A DNA stretch of 64,000 nt, taken from positions 128,001-192,000 of the forward strand of contig JBFPLN010000003.1 of the NCBI GenBank assembly GCA_051971635.1, in the 5' to 3' direction. This document shows, one piece after another, positions 34,576 to 44,825 of the stretch. This DNA comes from Candidatus Atelocyanobacterium thalassae (GTDB lineage Bacteria > Cyanobacteriota > Cyanobacteriia > Cyanobacteriales > Microcystaceae). Position 1 is the stretch's first letter. The number at the start of each line of letters is the position of its first letter. The notes under the pieces were generated by a model, which worked only from the letters and a program-made list of their open reading frames with translations, was not told the DNA's origin and ran no database searches. A program made the position numbers and the translations under genes.

Positions 34576-35718
34576 TCAAAATTGAAAAACCTTACCTCCT
34601 TCAACTTTTATAATTTGCGAAGATTTTAACCACTCCGTATCAAAATTAGGTAAATGAGTAGTTGTAATAAGTGTTTGGAACCTTCCTTGAATAGCTTCTA
34701 GTAACTGTTTTTGTCGATTATTATCTAGCTCAGCCAAAACATCATCAAGTAGTAACAATGGAGGTTCTCCGATTACATCTTCAATTAACTGAAGTTCTGC
34801 TAGTTTAATAGCCAAAACTAAAGTTCTTTGTTGTCCTTGAGAACCATAAGACTTTGCTTGGTTTTTATTAATAGTGAATTCAACGTCATCTCGATGAGGA
34901 CCAACAATTGTTGTTGCAAGATTTTTTTCAACAGCACTACGCTGTTCTATTTTTTCCAGAAATCTCTGTTGTATAGCTTGATGATCTTCATTTTGAATAC
35001 TTATATTCGATAGATAATTAATCTCTAATAATTCTGCTTTTCCACTAATACTTTCATGCCATTTTTGCGCTAGCGGAACTAATCTCTGTATTACACGGTT
35101 CCGTCTTCTAATAACTCTTGTTCCTGCTTCTGCAAGTTGTTCATCCCATAATTTTAATTGAGATACTGTACTTAGAATGCTATTAGATTTTTCTTCATTA
35201 TTAAGTTGCCCTCGAATTATTTTGAGAAGAGAATTTCTTTGCCTTAAAATTTTATGGTATTGATTAATAATATGAGCATAAATAGGTTCCAATTGAATCA
35301 AAAGTGTATCTAGCCAAGTACGACGAATTTCTGGTGATCCCCTTACTAAATCTAAATCTAAGCAAGAAAATTCTACTGCATTAATGTGACCTAAAAATTC
35401 AAGATGACGATGTAGCTTTTCATGGTTCAACATTAGTGTACGTTTACCACTTGAACGAAATGTAATGCTTAGTTCAGATTCACCATATATTCTCTCAACA
35501 TTAGCTACAATTTGACTACTTTTTTCACCCTCCAATATCAGATCTTGATCTCGTCTTGTACGATGACTTTTTAAAGTAGCTAATAATTCTATCGCTTCAA
35601 GTAAATTAGATTTTCCTTGAGCATTATTACCTAGTAAAATTGTTTTTTGTGACTGTAAATTAACTGATTGTTTATAATAATTACGAAAAGTATATAGATT
35701 AATGTTTTTTAAGTACAT
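34576..35718 (-). CDS. recF: DNA replication/repair protein RecF
   Basis: GNNAQGKSN, GPHRDD, SQGQQR, LLLDDVLAELD. Confidence 0.97.
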   Translation of the reverse strand: MYLKNINLYTFRNYYKQSVNLQSQKTILLGNNAQGKSNLLEAIELLATLKSHRTRRDQDLILEGEKSSQIVANVERIYGESELSITFRSSGKRTLMLNHEKLHRHLEFLGHINAVEFSCLDLDLVRGSPEIRRTWLDTLLIQLEPIYAHIINQYHKILRQRNSLLKIIRGQLNNEEKSNSILSTVSQLKLWDEQLAEAGTRVIRRRNRVIQRLVPLAQKWHESISGKAELLEINYLSNISIQNEDHQAIQQRFLEKIEQRSAVEKNLATTIVGPHRDDVEFTINKNQAKSYGSQGQQRTLVLAIKLAELQLIEDVIGEPPLLLLDDVLAELDNNRQKQLLEAIQGRFQTLITTTHLPNFDTEWLKSSQIIKVEGGKVFQF

Positions 35719-36096
35719 CTCAATTTTTAGATTAGCATAATTGTAAGTTTGCCAGAGAATAAAGACAGGTTCATATGTAGTAGGTTAAACATTTTTTTAT
35801 AAATCAAGACTATTATTAATAGTCTTAATTTCCTATATGACTCATCAAGCACTTTTTAAAAAATAGCTTTTACTTTTTATATTCAAGAATAGAATCAATA
35901 GTGTATTATTATATGTAATTGATTACATTTATTTACTAGCTTTTTATCAAAATAAATTTTTAAATGTTTTAAAAGAATTACTAATATTGAAAGAACAGTA
36001 TATAGAAAAAAAGTCTATATTCCGTAATACGATAATTTAAGAATATGCTATTCTTTTATAGATAATATTCATTTAGAAAGCAATTACTTAAAGCCA

Positions 36097-36975
36097 CTAT
36101 TTTTCTATATCTAGAGAATAAATTTGACCATCCATAAAAATACGAGTTATTCCTTTAGCTTGTAAATAAGAACAAGTTTTATATAAAAGGCGACTATCAG
36201 GAACCTTAATTACTCTTTGTGAACGATTAGAAAATCTACGAGCAAAGCGATGATTGTCAAATACTGGTAAGGTCTTTTGTTGTATCTCGCTAACTGGAAT
36301 TTGTCCTAAATGAGCAAACTCTTTTAATGGTCGTGCAATTAACTCTGCAGAACGGTCTATCACAAGGTAGCAAGTTTTTGGGAGTGTCGCATCAGAAAGA
36401 GGTAAGACACAAATATTACCATTCGTAAATAGAGACTCATCATAGTTTTCATCATCTTCATTACTATCTTCATCTTCTTCATCCCAATCTTCATAATTGC
36501 TTTCAAGATCTTCCCCTAACATTTCTCCTAAAGCTATAACATCTACATTTTCCAATTCATCATTTTCTTCTTCTATGATTTCTGTTTCTTCTGGAGATAA
36601 CAATAAATCTGGAATATATTTTACAGTTATTGGTTTAGGCTTAGTTAATAGCTCGTTAGATATTTTATCTGATAAAGATTCAGCGGTGCCAACATTCACA
36701 TCAGTTTTCTCTGATTCAGAAAGTAATTTCGAAATTTTTAAATTACTTTTGTTTGTTTTCTCAGTATTTCCTTGAATTTTACCAGTTCTTGCTAGTCGTT
36801 TTTGTTGAATTAATTCTTCATATTCTATATCTAATAGTGTATTTTTTAAAAAACGACTAATAGTAGAGCTACTTACACCATAACGATGAGCTAAGGTAGA
36901 AGTAGTTTCTGAAGTTTGACGATAAAGGTTAAGAATTTCCTGTTTATCATCATCGATTAATTTTTTAGGACTCAT
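36097..36975 (-). CDS. Conserved cyanobacterial protein with N-terminal HTH and acidic linker
   Basis: TLAHRYGVSSSTISRFLK HTH; D/E-rich middle; C-terminal LPKTCYLVIDR...LPVFDNHR. Confidence 0.75.
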   Translation of the reverse strand: MSPKKLIDDDKQEILNLYRQTSETTSTLAHRYGVSSSTISRFLKNTLLDIEYEELIQQKRLARTGKIQGNTEKTNKSNLKISKLLSESEKTDVNVGTAESLSDKISNELLTKPKPITVKYIPDLLLSPEETEIIEEENDELENVDVIALGEMLGEDLESNYEDWDEEDEDSNEDDENYDESLFTNGNICVLPLSDATLPKTCYLVIDRSAELIARPLKEFAHLGQIPVSEIQQKTLPVFDNHRFARRFSNRSQRVIKVPDSRLLYKTCSYLQAKGITRIFMDGQIYSLDIEK

Positions 36976-37170
36976 AATATTGTGCCTATTATTGTCAGTT
37001 TGACTCTATACTAATATTTTTATAATATTTGTTAAGATCGCCTCCTAGTAACCTAGGGATGAACATGTCTCGACAAATAGGCAAAATACTAGGATTATAC
37101 TAATTCTCTGATCTAGTTTATCGTCAATTGCTAAGTTTCATCCTTTTTAAATATTAAAAACTTAATTATT

Positions 37171-38325
37171 ATGAACATAATGAAAGGAGAGCCCGCTTTA
37201 TTAGTACTAGCTGATGGTACATTTTTTGAAGGCTTATCATTTGGTGCAAAAGGTACGGTTATGGGAGAAGTCGTATTTAATACAGGAATGACAGGATATC
37301 AAGAAGTTTTAACAGATCCAAGTTATTATGGTCAAATTGTGAACTTTACGTTTCCTGAATTGGGTAATACGGGAATAAACCATGATGATGATGAGTCTGA
37401 CAAACCTCATGTTTTTGGCGTTATTGCTAAAGACGTTACGTATTATCCGAGTAACTGGCGTTCAGTAGAATCTTTGCCAGATTATTTAACTCGGCATGGA
37501 ATTGTAAGTATTTACGGCATAGATACTAGACAGTTAACTCGCAGAATCAGATCCATGGGAGCAATGAATGGAATTATTTCTACAGAGGTGTTAGATAAAG
37601 AAGTTTTAATATCTAAATTGCAATCTGCTCCCTCAATGGAAGGACTAAATCTAGTTAAAAAAGTTAGTACTAGGAAAATTTATCATTGGTCAACTTCTAC
37701 AGATAAGAAATGGGAGTTCATAGAACATGGTAATGAGTCTATTGAAGATTTATTAACTGTCATAGTAGTTGACTTTGGGATTAAGCGAAATATTTTAAAA
37801 CGTTTAGTTAGCTATGGATGTAAAGTTATCATTGTTCCTGTTGACACATCATTTGATAATATTTTGAGCTATGCTCCTGACGGTATTTTTCTTTCTAACG
37901 GTCCTGGCGATCCAGCTTCGGTTAGCGAAGGTATAAATCTAGTAAAACTACTTATTACAACTGAAATACCTATTTTTGGTATTTGTATGGGACATCAAAT
38001 TCTCAGTTTAGCTTTGGGAGGTAATACATTTAAGTTAAGATTCGGCCACCGTGGACTAAATCAACCTTGCGGACTAAATGATAAGGTAGAAATTACAAGC
38101 CAAAATCATGGATTTGCTGTGTCTAAAGAATCATTAAACGAAGAAATAGAAATTAGTCATTTTAATTTAAATGATGATACTGTAGCCGGAATATGCCATA
38201 AAAAGTTACCTTTTTTCTCTGTTCAATATCATCCAGAAGCCAGCCCTGGTCCTCATGATGCCGATTACCTGTTTGCAAACTTTATTAAACTTATGCAGCA
38301 ATATAGAAACAGGTCAAATCTATAG
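37171..38325 (+). CDS. carA: Carbamoyl-phosphate synthase small subunit
   Basis: [39 protein letters not shown]. Confidence 0.97.
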   Translation: MNIMKGEPALLVLADGTFFEGLSFGAKGTVMGEVVFNTGMTGYQEVLTDPSYYGQIVNFTFPELGNTGINHDDDESDKPHVFGVIAKDVTYYPSNWRSVESLPDYLTRHGIVSIYGIDTRQLTRRIRSMGAMNGIISTEVLDKEVLISKLQSAPSMEGLNLVKKVSTRKIYHWSTSTDKKWEFIEHGNESIEDLLTVIVVDFGIKRNILKRLVSYGCKVIIVPVDTSFDNILSYAPDGIFLSNGPGDPASVSEGINLVKLLITTEIPIFGICMGHQILSLALGGNTFKLRFGHRGLNQPCGLNDKVEITSQNHGFAVSKESLNEEIEISHFNLNDDTVAGICHKKLPFFSVQYHPEASPGPHDADYLFANFIKLMQQYRNRSNL

Positions 38326-38367
38326 TTTTATGTATTTAAAAATATTCTATTATTAAAATATATCCCA

Positions 38368-38400
38368 ATAGTTTAATTCTATTGAGTAGAATTAAACTAT
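38368..38400 (+). terminator. Hairpin 3' of carA (14-bp arms, 5-nt loop)
   Basis: ATAGTTTAATTCTA-TTGAG-TAGAATTAAACTAT. Confidence 0.55.
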
Positions 38401-38913
38401 CAGATAATTTTTAACTACAAAATAAAAATTACTATCTTACATTTTAAAAATATCCTGGATGTATATTTAAGAAGTAATAAACTAAGTATATAAATAGTAA
38501 ATAGAAGATTTTACAAAAACAGTATCTAATAGGCGATTAAGCAACTAAGAATATTATGTTTGCAAGAAATATTATTTAATACTAACTTTACCTCAAATGG
38601 AATGCAATTATATAAATTGTAGATTTATAAACTATAATTTAGTTCTGAAGCTAATTTACTTGAATGGCTATTTTTTAATATTGAATAGAATTAAGACATT
38701 TTTAATTTATATCATGAATATTTATTATTCATAATATAAGGTACCTATGTTTGTATTGTCATTTCTAATAATGAAATAATATGATATTTTATACTCTTAA
38801 TTAAGAAACTAAGTCTATAGAAATTCCATACATTTTATATAACAAAATGAGGAAAAAGTTAAAAATATGAACTTTCATTGTTCTCTACTTTCACCCTATT
38901 CAAATATTAGCCT

Positions 38914-39801
38914 ATGCCCTGGACTAGAACTATAACAGCTATTATTGGTATCTTTTTTGCTTTAGGAATATTAATTATTGGCAAATGGCTTTTTACCGTT
39001 GGACTATGTTTGATAGTTTTTTTAGGACAATTAGAATATTTTCAGCTAGTTAGAGCTAAAGGAATTGTTCCTGCTACTAAAACAACCCTGATTGTATCTC
39101 AGATATTGTTGATCGTAGCGGCTATTGCTCCACATTTTACGGATGCTCTGTTTGCTTTAGCAGGTACACTAATCTGTTTTTATCTTCTTTTTCAGCCTAA
39201 ATTGGCTAGTATTGCCGATATATCCACTTCTATTTTAGGCTTATTTTATGGAGGATATTTACCTAGTTATTGGCTAAGATTAAGAGTAGGGTTTGACAGT
39301 ACCATTACAAGTACTAATATTGCGAATAATGATCTATTTGTTCAAAAATATTTGCCTAATTTATGGACAAAATCTGATTTTTTTTCTCCTGCTTTAAATG
39401 TTACCTGTTTAGCTTTTAGCTGTATTTGGGCTGCTGATATTGGAGCATATATTATGGGTAAATCATTTGGCAAGACTCGTTTATCTAACATTAGTCCTAA
39501 AAAAACTGTTGAAGGTGCAATAGCCGGATTAGTAGGAAGTATTGTAGTTGCAGAAATTGGTGCTTGGTATCTACAATGGCCTTATTTTTATTTAACTGGT
39601 ACGGTTTTAGGAGTCTTAATTGGAATTGTAAGTCTTCTAGGAGATTTAACTGAATCTATGATGAAGAGAGATGCAGGCGTAAAAGATTCAGGTAAATTAA
39701 TTCCTGGCCATGGTGGAATTTTAGATAGAACAGATAGTTATGTTTTTACAGCTCCTTTAGTTTATTATTTCGTAACGTTATTTCTACCACTATTACAGTA
39801 G
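38914..39801 (+). CDS. cdsA: Phosphatidate cytidylyltransferase
   Basis: SPKKTVEG, GDLTESMMKR..GVKDSG.LIPGHGGILDR.DS. Confidence 0.96.
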   Translation: MPWTRTITAIIGIFFALGILIIGKWLFTVGLCLIVFLGQLEYFQLVRAKGIVPATKTTLIVSQILLIVAAIAPHFTDALFALAGTLICFYLLFQPKLASIADISTSILGLFYGGYLPSYWLRLRVGFDSTITSTNIANNDLFVQKYLPNLWTKSDFFSPALNVTCLAFSCIWAADIGAYIMGKSFGKTRLSNISPKKTVEGAIAGLVGSIVVAEIGAWYLQWPYFYLTGTVLGVLIGIVSLLGDLTESMMKRDAGVKDSGKLIPGHGGILDRTDSYVFTAPLVYYFVTLFLPLLQ

Positions 39802-39873
39802 AAGTTCTAAATATAAAAATTTTATTTTAATATAATAATGTTATTTAGCATTTACATCATTTAGGTAAAAGAC

Positions 39874-40137
39874 ATGAAATTAAATTTTATAAATTGGTTA
39901 AATTATTTATTAGTAACAAATATATTTTTAATTTTTTTAGGATTTCTCTGGTTTTTAATAGCTGTAGTGGGTAATTTCCTTAATCTCCCCCTAGGCCTAC
40001 AACTATGGTATAGATTATGGAAGATATTATTTCAACCAGCTATTGGTATTTTATTTGTTAGTGCTTTTATGAACTGGTTAATTCAGAAGATCTTTATGTA
40101 TTGGGATACCATATCATCTAAAAAGAGTAAACAATAG
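39874..40137 (+). CDS. Small hypothetical membrane protein
   Basis: Two TM segments; W..LW..LFQPAIGIL pattern. Confidence 0.65.
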   Translation: MKLNFINWLNYLLVTNIFLIFLGFLWFLIAVVGNFLNLPLGLQLWYRLWKILFQPAIGILFVSAFMNWLIQKIFMYWDTISSKKSKQ

Positions 40138-40343
40138 AGATATATTATCCATAGCAAAAGATTACTCATCATAAACCGATAAAAATATGATTAATCTGGC
40201 AATACAATATCAAATCACTAAATATTTGTCTAAAATGTTATGGATAATTAAGGTAAGCTATATTATATGAACATTATTTAATAACAATCAGATAGATTGT
40301 TTAATGTTATTGCCATAATAGCTTGCGTAAAACTACTATCATT

Positions 40344-41024
40344 ATGAGTCAAAATAAGTCTATTGTTATTTCTCCCTCCATTCTCTCAGCTAATTTTAGT
40401 TGTTTACGAGAAGAAATTGAGTTGGTTGATAAAGCAGGGGCAGATTGGATACATATCGATGTTATGGATGGTCGTTTTGTACCAAATATAACCATTGGTC
40501 CGTTAGTGGTTGAAGCAATTCGTCCTTATACTAAAAAGCCATTAGATGTTCATTTAATGATCGTAGAACCTGAAAAGTACATCGCTGATTTTGCAAAAGC
40601 GGGAGCCGATATAATTTCCATACACGCAGAAAATAATGCATCTCTTCATTTACATAGAACTCTTGGACAAATCAAAGAATTAGGTAAGAAAGCTGGAGTC
40701 GTTCTTAACCCTGCAACTTCTCTAGCATCTATCGAACATGTTCTGGAAATATGTGACTTGATTTTAATAATGAGTGTTAATCCTGGTTTTGGAGGGCAAA
40801 GTTTTATTCCTGCAATGGTAAATAAAATTCATCAATTACGTCAAATGTGCAATGATAAGAAGTTAAACCCTTGGATCGAGGTAGATGGTGGTTTAAAACC
40901 AGAGAATACTTGGAAAGTCATAGAAGCTGGTGCCAATGCTATTGTAGCTGGATCGGCTATATTTAAGTCCACAAATTATGCGGAAGCTATCAGAGGGATA
41001 CGCGAAAGTAAATCTTCAAAGTAA
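40344..41024 (+). CDS. rpe: Ribulose-phosphate 3-epimerase
   Basis: [31 protein letters not shown]. Confidence 0.97.
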   Translation: MSQNKSIVISPSILSANFSCLREEIELVDKAGADWIHIDVMDGRFVPNITIGPLVVEAIRPYTKKPLDVHLMIVEPEKYIADFAKAGADIISIHAENNASLHLHRTLGQIKELGKKAGVVLNPATSLASIEHVLEICDLILIMSVNPGFGGQSFIPAMVNKIHQLRQMCNDKKLNPWIEVDGGLKPENTWKVIEAGANAIVAGSAIFKSTNYAEAIRGIRESKSSK

Positions 41025-41233
41025 AGATAGATTAATAACTTTTATAGTACCAATTGCTTTTTGAGAATAGTTTGTGCTCAGTAAATGTAAATATTGCAAA
41101 TAGGATTGTTAAGTCATTATCGTAGTATAGTCACTTGCCTTTCAAATAGACTAATTAGAAGGATTACTTAGCTCTAGTCTCTAAAAATACTTTAGGGCAT
41201 AATGTACTATGCCCCTACTATAATCTTTCTTAA

Positions 41234-41737
41234 TTAATCAAAATAGAAGAGTGTTACTAATTTCCTCTGTTCCTCTGCTTCTTCACAGGTTTGTAGTAGG
41301 GTATGACTATCATGAAAAGCAAAACAAATGAGTTGTTGACACCGGGATATTATTTCTCGATTACATAAAGCGCTAGCTTCTCCTAAAGACAAACTGTCAT
41401 TATCAGAATTTTCCACTAAATGAATTACTCTTTCTAACTGTTTTTTCGATTCTCTAGGTTGCTTATCCAAGCTTTGAGGTAATATTACAGTTAAAAGACT
41501 TGGATCTGCTCTCATAGCTCCTTTGATGGCAGCTGCATTAGTTCCTGTAGCTCCTGATGTCATTAAACGATTTCCGCCCAATACTAGAGCGTAACTCATC
41601 ATCTCAATTAATTGTTGGTGAGTAATAGGTACATGACGCGAACCTAATAAAGCAATTCTTTTAGAACCAGTTTGCTGTATTGCAGCCAGTTCCTGCGCCA
41701 AAGTATCTAAGGTAAGAATATCAAGTGGTTGACTCAA
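41234..41737 (-). CDS. Short DprA/Smf-like Rossmann-fold protein (cyanobacterial 'DNA recombination-mediator A')
   Basis: RIALLGSRHVP, TSGATGTNAAAI, CFAFHDS; TTG start. Confidence 0.75.
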   Translation of the reverse strand: MSQPLDILTLDTLAQELAAIQQTGSKRIALLGSRHVPITHQQLIEMMSYALVLGGNRLMTSGATGTNAAAIKGAMRADPSLLTVILPQSLDKQPRESKKQLERVIHLVENSDNDSLSLGEASALCNREIISRCQQLICFAFHDSHTLLQTCEEAEEQRKLVTLFYFD

Positions 41738-42155
41738 AGATCCTCTTCTATATTAAATAAACGTACGCCATCTTAACAAAAGTTTCTTGATTGTGGTACA
41801 GACTTTACAGTTTTTCTTAATCTAATTTTTTGCTAATTAAGTTGAGATATAAAAAAAACAATATAAAATCTAAAAAGTTCAGTATTTTTTAATGCTTTTT
41901 TCTAACTGTACTACGGATATACGAGATAAAAAACGAGGAATAAATCTCTCTTTTTGAGGTAATTTTTGATATAAAACAAGAATCTCAAACTTAAAAATTT
42001 CGAACCATTTTTCACAGGTAGTAATATCTCTTATCTCTAACTCAAATTTTAAGTTTCGTATCTGTTTTAATTTTTTTTGTAATCCTTAGCATAAATAGCA
42101 ACCTGACTTTGTCTATAAAATAAGGTGTACAACTAATTTCTATAATTTCCATAAT

Positions 42156-43256
42156 TTATGTAGATAACAAAGAAAATTCTTTTTTTCTATGCATTTTAAA
42201 AGGGACTGCTGGAAAGACTTGAGGAGATTGAGGAACAATAACTAATCGAACTCTTGTACCAATAGGTAATTGAGTTTGTAATGTTGTTCTTGCCTGAATT
42301 TGACAACCAGAAGGAGTCTTGAGGCAGTAACAATATTCTCTCCCTAAGAATTGACGATCGCAAATTATAATTTCGCCCATATCATCTGGTTGTAATGTAA
42401 TGTCTTCCTGTCTAACCATCAGATCTCCCTCAGAAATATTTTCAAAACTTGAAGGAGCTTCCCATTGGCCTATTTCTGTTGTCCAAAGTTTTCCCTTCCG
42501 TTTAGCCGGAATAAAATTAGCTTGAGTAACAAACTCTGCAACAAAACGTGATGAAGGATGTGTGTAAACTTCTTCAGGAGTTCCAAATTGTTCGATTTTT
42601 CCGTAAGACATAACCCCTATCTTGTCAGATATAGCTAAAGCTTCCTCTTGATCATGGGTGACAAAAATTGCTGTAATACCTGTTCCCTTTAAGACATGAC
42701 GAATCTCATGTCTTAACTGCAAACGAACTTGTACATCAAGATTACTTAATGGTTCATCTAGTAAAATTAGTGCAGGCTTAGGCGCTAAAGCTCTAGCTAA
42801 AGCTACTCTTTGCTGTTGTCCTCCTGAGAGTTGATGTGGATATCGCTTTTCAAGTCCTTCTAATCCAACCAAGGCTAAAGCCTCGCTAATACGCTGTTTT
42901 ATTTTACTTCTACTTAAATTTTTCTTCTTTAAACCAAAGGCAATATTATTAGCAATATTTAGATGAGGAAATAGCGCATAATCTTGAAAAACCATTCCTG
43001 TATTTCTATGTTCAGGAGGTGTTGATTCATAGGGACTAGCTATTATATTACCTGCTAATTCTATAGTTCCAACAGAAGGTTGCTCAAATCCTGCAATTAC
43101 ACGCAAAAGAGTAGTTTTCCCGCATCCTGAAGGGCCAAGCAATCCAAGAATTTCTCCTTGCATCAATTTGAAGCTAACCTGATCAATAGCTGCCGTTGTA
43201 TGATTAAGAAACTGTTTAACGATTTGATCGACTTGAAGGATAATGGAATCTGTCAT
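42156..43256 (-). CDS. futC: Fe(III) ABC transporter ATP-binding protein (FutC/FbpC-like)
   Basis: GPSGCGKTT, VFQDYALFPHL, LSGGQQQR, C-terminal TOBE-like domain. Confidence 0.8.
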   Translation of the reverse strand: MTDSIILQVDQIVKQFLNHTTAAIDQVSFKLMQGEILGLLGPSGCGKTTLLRVIAGFEQPSVGTIELAGNIIASPYESTPPEHRNTGMVFQDYALFPHLNIANNIAFGLKKKNLSRSKIKQRISEALALVGLEGLEKRYPHQLSGGQQQRVALARALAPKPALILLDEPLSNLDVQVRLQLRHEIRHVLKGTGITAIFVTHDQEEALAISDKIGVMSYGKIEQFGTPEEVYTHPSSRFVAEFVTQANFIPAKRKGKLWTTEIGQWEAPSSFENISEGDLMVRQEDITLQPDDMGEIIICDRQFLGREYCYCLKTPSGCQIQARTTLQTQLPIGTRVRLVIVPQSPQVFPAVPFKMHRKKEFSLLST

Positions 43257-43392
43257 AACTAAAGGGCTTTAATGATAAGTTAGAAATTTTTAGTTGGAAA
43301 TTATAAGTTTAGGTTTCAAAGGTAAATGAGAGAAGCCCTGATAAAGATTTCTTGTTTTAGAGGATTCTTTAAGTTATCTTCATAAGTATCCA

Positions 43393-43411
43393 ACTAGGAC
43401 TAATTTTCAAT
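43393..43411 (-). promoter_or_regulatory. Possible Fur-type box upstream of futC
   Basis: Minus strand ATTGAAAATTAGTCCTAGT resembles the ATTGAGAATTATTCTCAAT-type palindrome recalled from memory. Confidence 0.3.
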
Positions 43412-43499
43412 AAGTACCCTTAACCTGTTACATAATAACATTTCTCCAATTCTTTAAATAAAAAATTAGTAAGAATGAATAATATTTGGCTTGAAACTT

Positions 43500-44219
43500 A
43501 TGTATAAAGAGAATAATTTTTTAGATTGTTGGTTTGATTTACTTTTTGTACCACAAGGAGCGGAATATCAAGCAGTTTTTCAAGGAATTAGCAAAAGCTC
43601 TAGTAAAATAAAAATCAAATCTGTTCCTGCAGGGATGAAAGCCATTACCAAGTTTCTAGAGGAATGGGAACAAGATTCTCGCTTTCTTAATGAATTACCT
43701 AAAACTATTATGATGATAGGTTTAGGTGGAAGTCTATCTCCCAATCATTTAGTAGGAGATGTAGTAGTATATAAAGACTGCACCTCATTACAATTCAAAT
43801 TAAATAAATATAAGCAATGCGATCCTTTCTTGAATCAATTGGTTATTGAAAGACTGAAACATAGTTGTACTCTAGGAAGAGGCATAACTAATCAGTATGT
43901 TATGTCCTCTGCAAAAGAAAAACAAACTTTAGGCGAAACATATAAAGCCGATGTAATTGATATGGAAGGAATGGCTTTATTAAACTGGAGTCGAAAATGG
44001 AATATTTCAGTTGTTATTGTTAGAGTTATTAGTGATAGCTGTCAACAAGATCTTCCAGACTTGCGCAATGTTTTTGGAATTGGTGGTAATTTACGATACT
44101 TCTACCTAGCTTTTCAAATGATTAAAAAGCCATTATTATCTATTCATTTCATATACAGTTCCTTGAAAAGTTTAAACGTTCTGAGGAAGATTATAAAGCA
44201 ATTAATATTTTGTTTGTAA
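43500..44219 (+). CDS. Nucleoside phosphorylase/MTA-nucleosidase-like protein (possibly HpnG-like)
   Basis: PQGAEY, GLGGSL...VGDVV, IDMEG, VRVISD. Confidence 0.75.
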   Translation: MYKENNFLDCWFDLLFVPQGAEYQAVFQGISKSSSKIKIKSVPAGMKAITKFLEEWEQDSRFLNELPKTIMMIGLGGSLSPNHLVGDVVVYKDCTSLQFKLNKYKQCDPFLNQLVIERLKHSCTLGRGITNQYVMSSAKEKQTLGETYKADVIDMEGMALLNWSRKWNISVVIVRVISDSCQQDLPDLRNVFGIGGNLRYFYLAFQMIKKPLLSIHFIYSSLKSLNVLRKIIKQLIFCL

Positions 44220-44324
44220 TAAAAAGTGTTGTTGAAATATGACTTTTCAGAAAATATTCATTAAATAAATGGCAAGTAGCAAGTAATAAGTGATTTTACT
44301 ACCTGCTACTTATTTAACTTTTTT

Positions 44325-44774
44325 CTAAATATCTCCTCTTATTTCTTCAATTACACCATCACGAATAACGATCTCTATATTAAGTTTTTGAATTAAGTTA
44401 TCTCCTTTTTTGGCCTGAAAAAAGTTTTCTATTTGTCCTTGAACTACTTCTTGATCTAATTCAACAACTTGAACTTGCTGAATTTGTTGTAAAAATTGAT
44501 TTTTCTGTTCTAATATCTCACTTTTCTTATGATTAGCTTGAAGATTAATATTATCAATCTGTTGAACAACTTGAGAGCTAGAAGAAGAAGTACTTTGCTT
44601 TTGAAGTTCAGAAATTGCTCTTTTTTCCTGCATTTCTAACTGTTGTATTTGATTATCAAGCTGATTAATCTGTGATTGTAATTGCTGTTGCATTTCCTCT
44701 TTCCAACGAGCGGTTACTATTACTTTGAGATTAACCGGTCTTTTAAGCAGTAAACTGGTGTTTATTTCGTCCAT
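44325..44774 (-). CDS. YlqD family coiled-coil protein
   Basis: LKRPVNLKVIVT.RWKEE, Gln-rich coil, IRDGVIEEIRG. Confidence 0.85.
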   Translation of the reverse strand: MDEINTSLLLKRPVNLKVIVTARWKEEMQQQLQSQINQLDNQIQQLEMQEKRAISELQKQSTSSSSSQVVQQIDNINLQANHKKSEILEQKNQFLQQIQQVQVVELDQEVVQGQIENFFQAKKGDNLIQKLNIEIVIRDGVIEEIRGDI

Positions 44775-44825
44775 GAGTTCTATTAGTTTTTATTTTTAAT
44801 GTTCTATATTTTAGAAACAAATTAT

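Noticed and set aside
36097..36975. Transposase
   Set aside because: Only an HTH; no catalytic domain, terminal inverted repeats or target duplication
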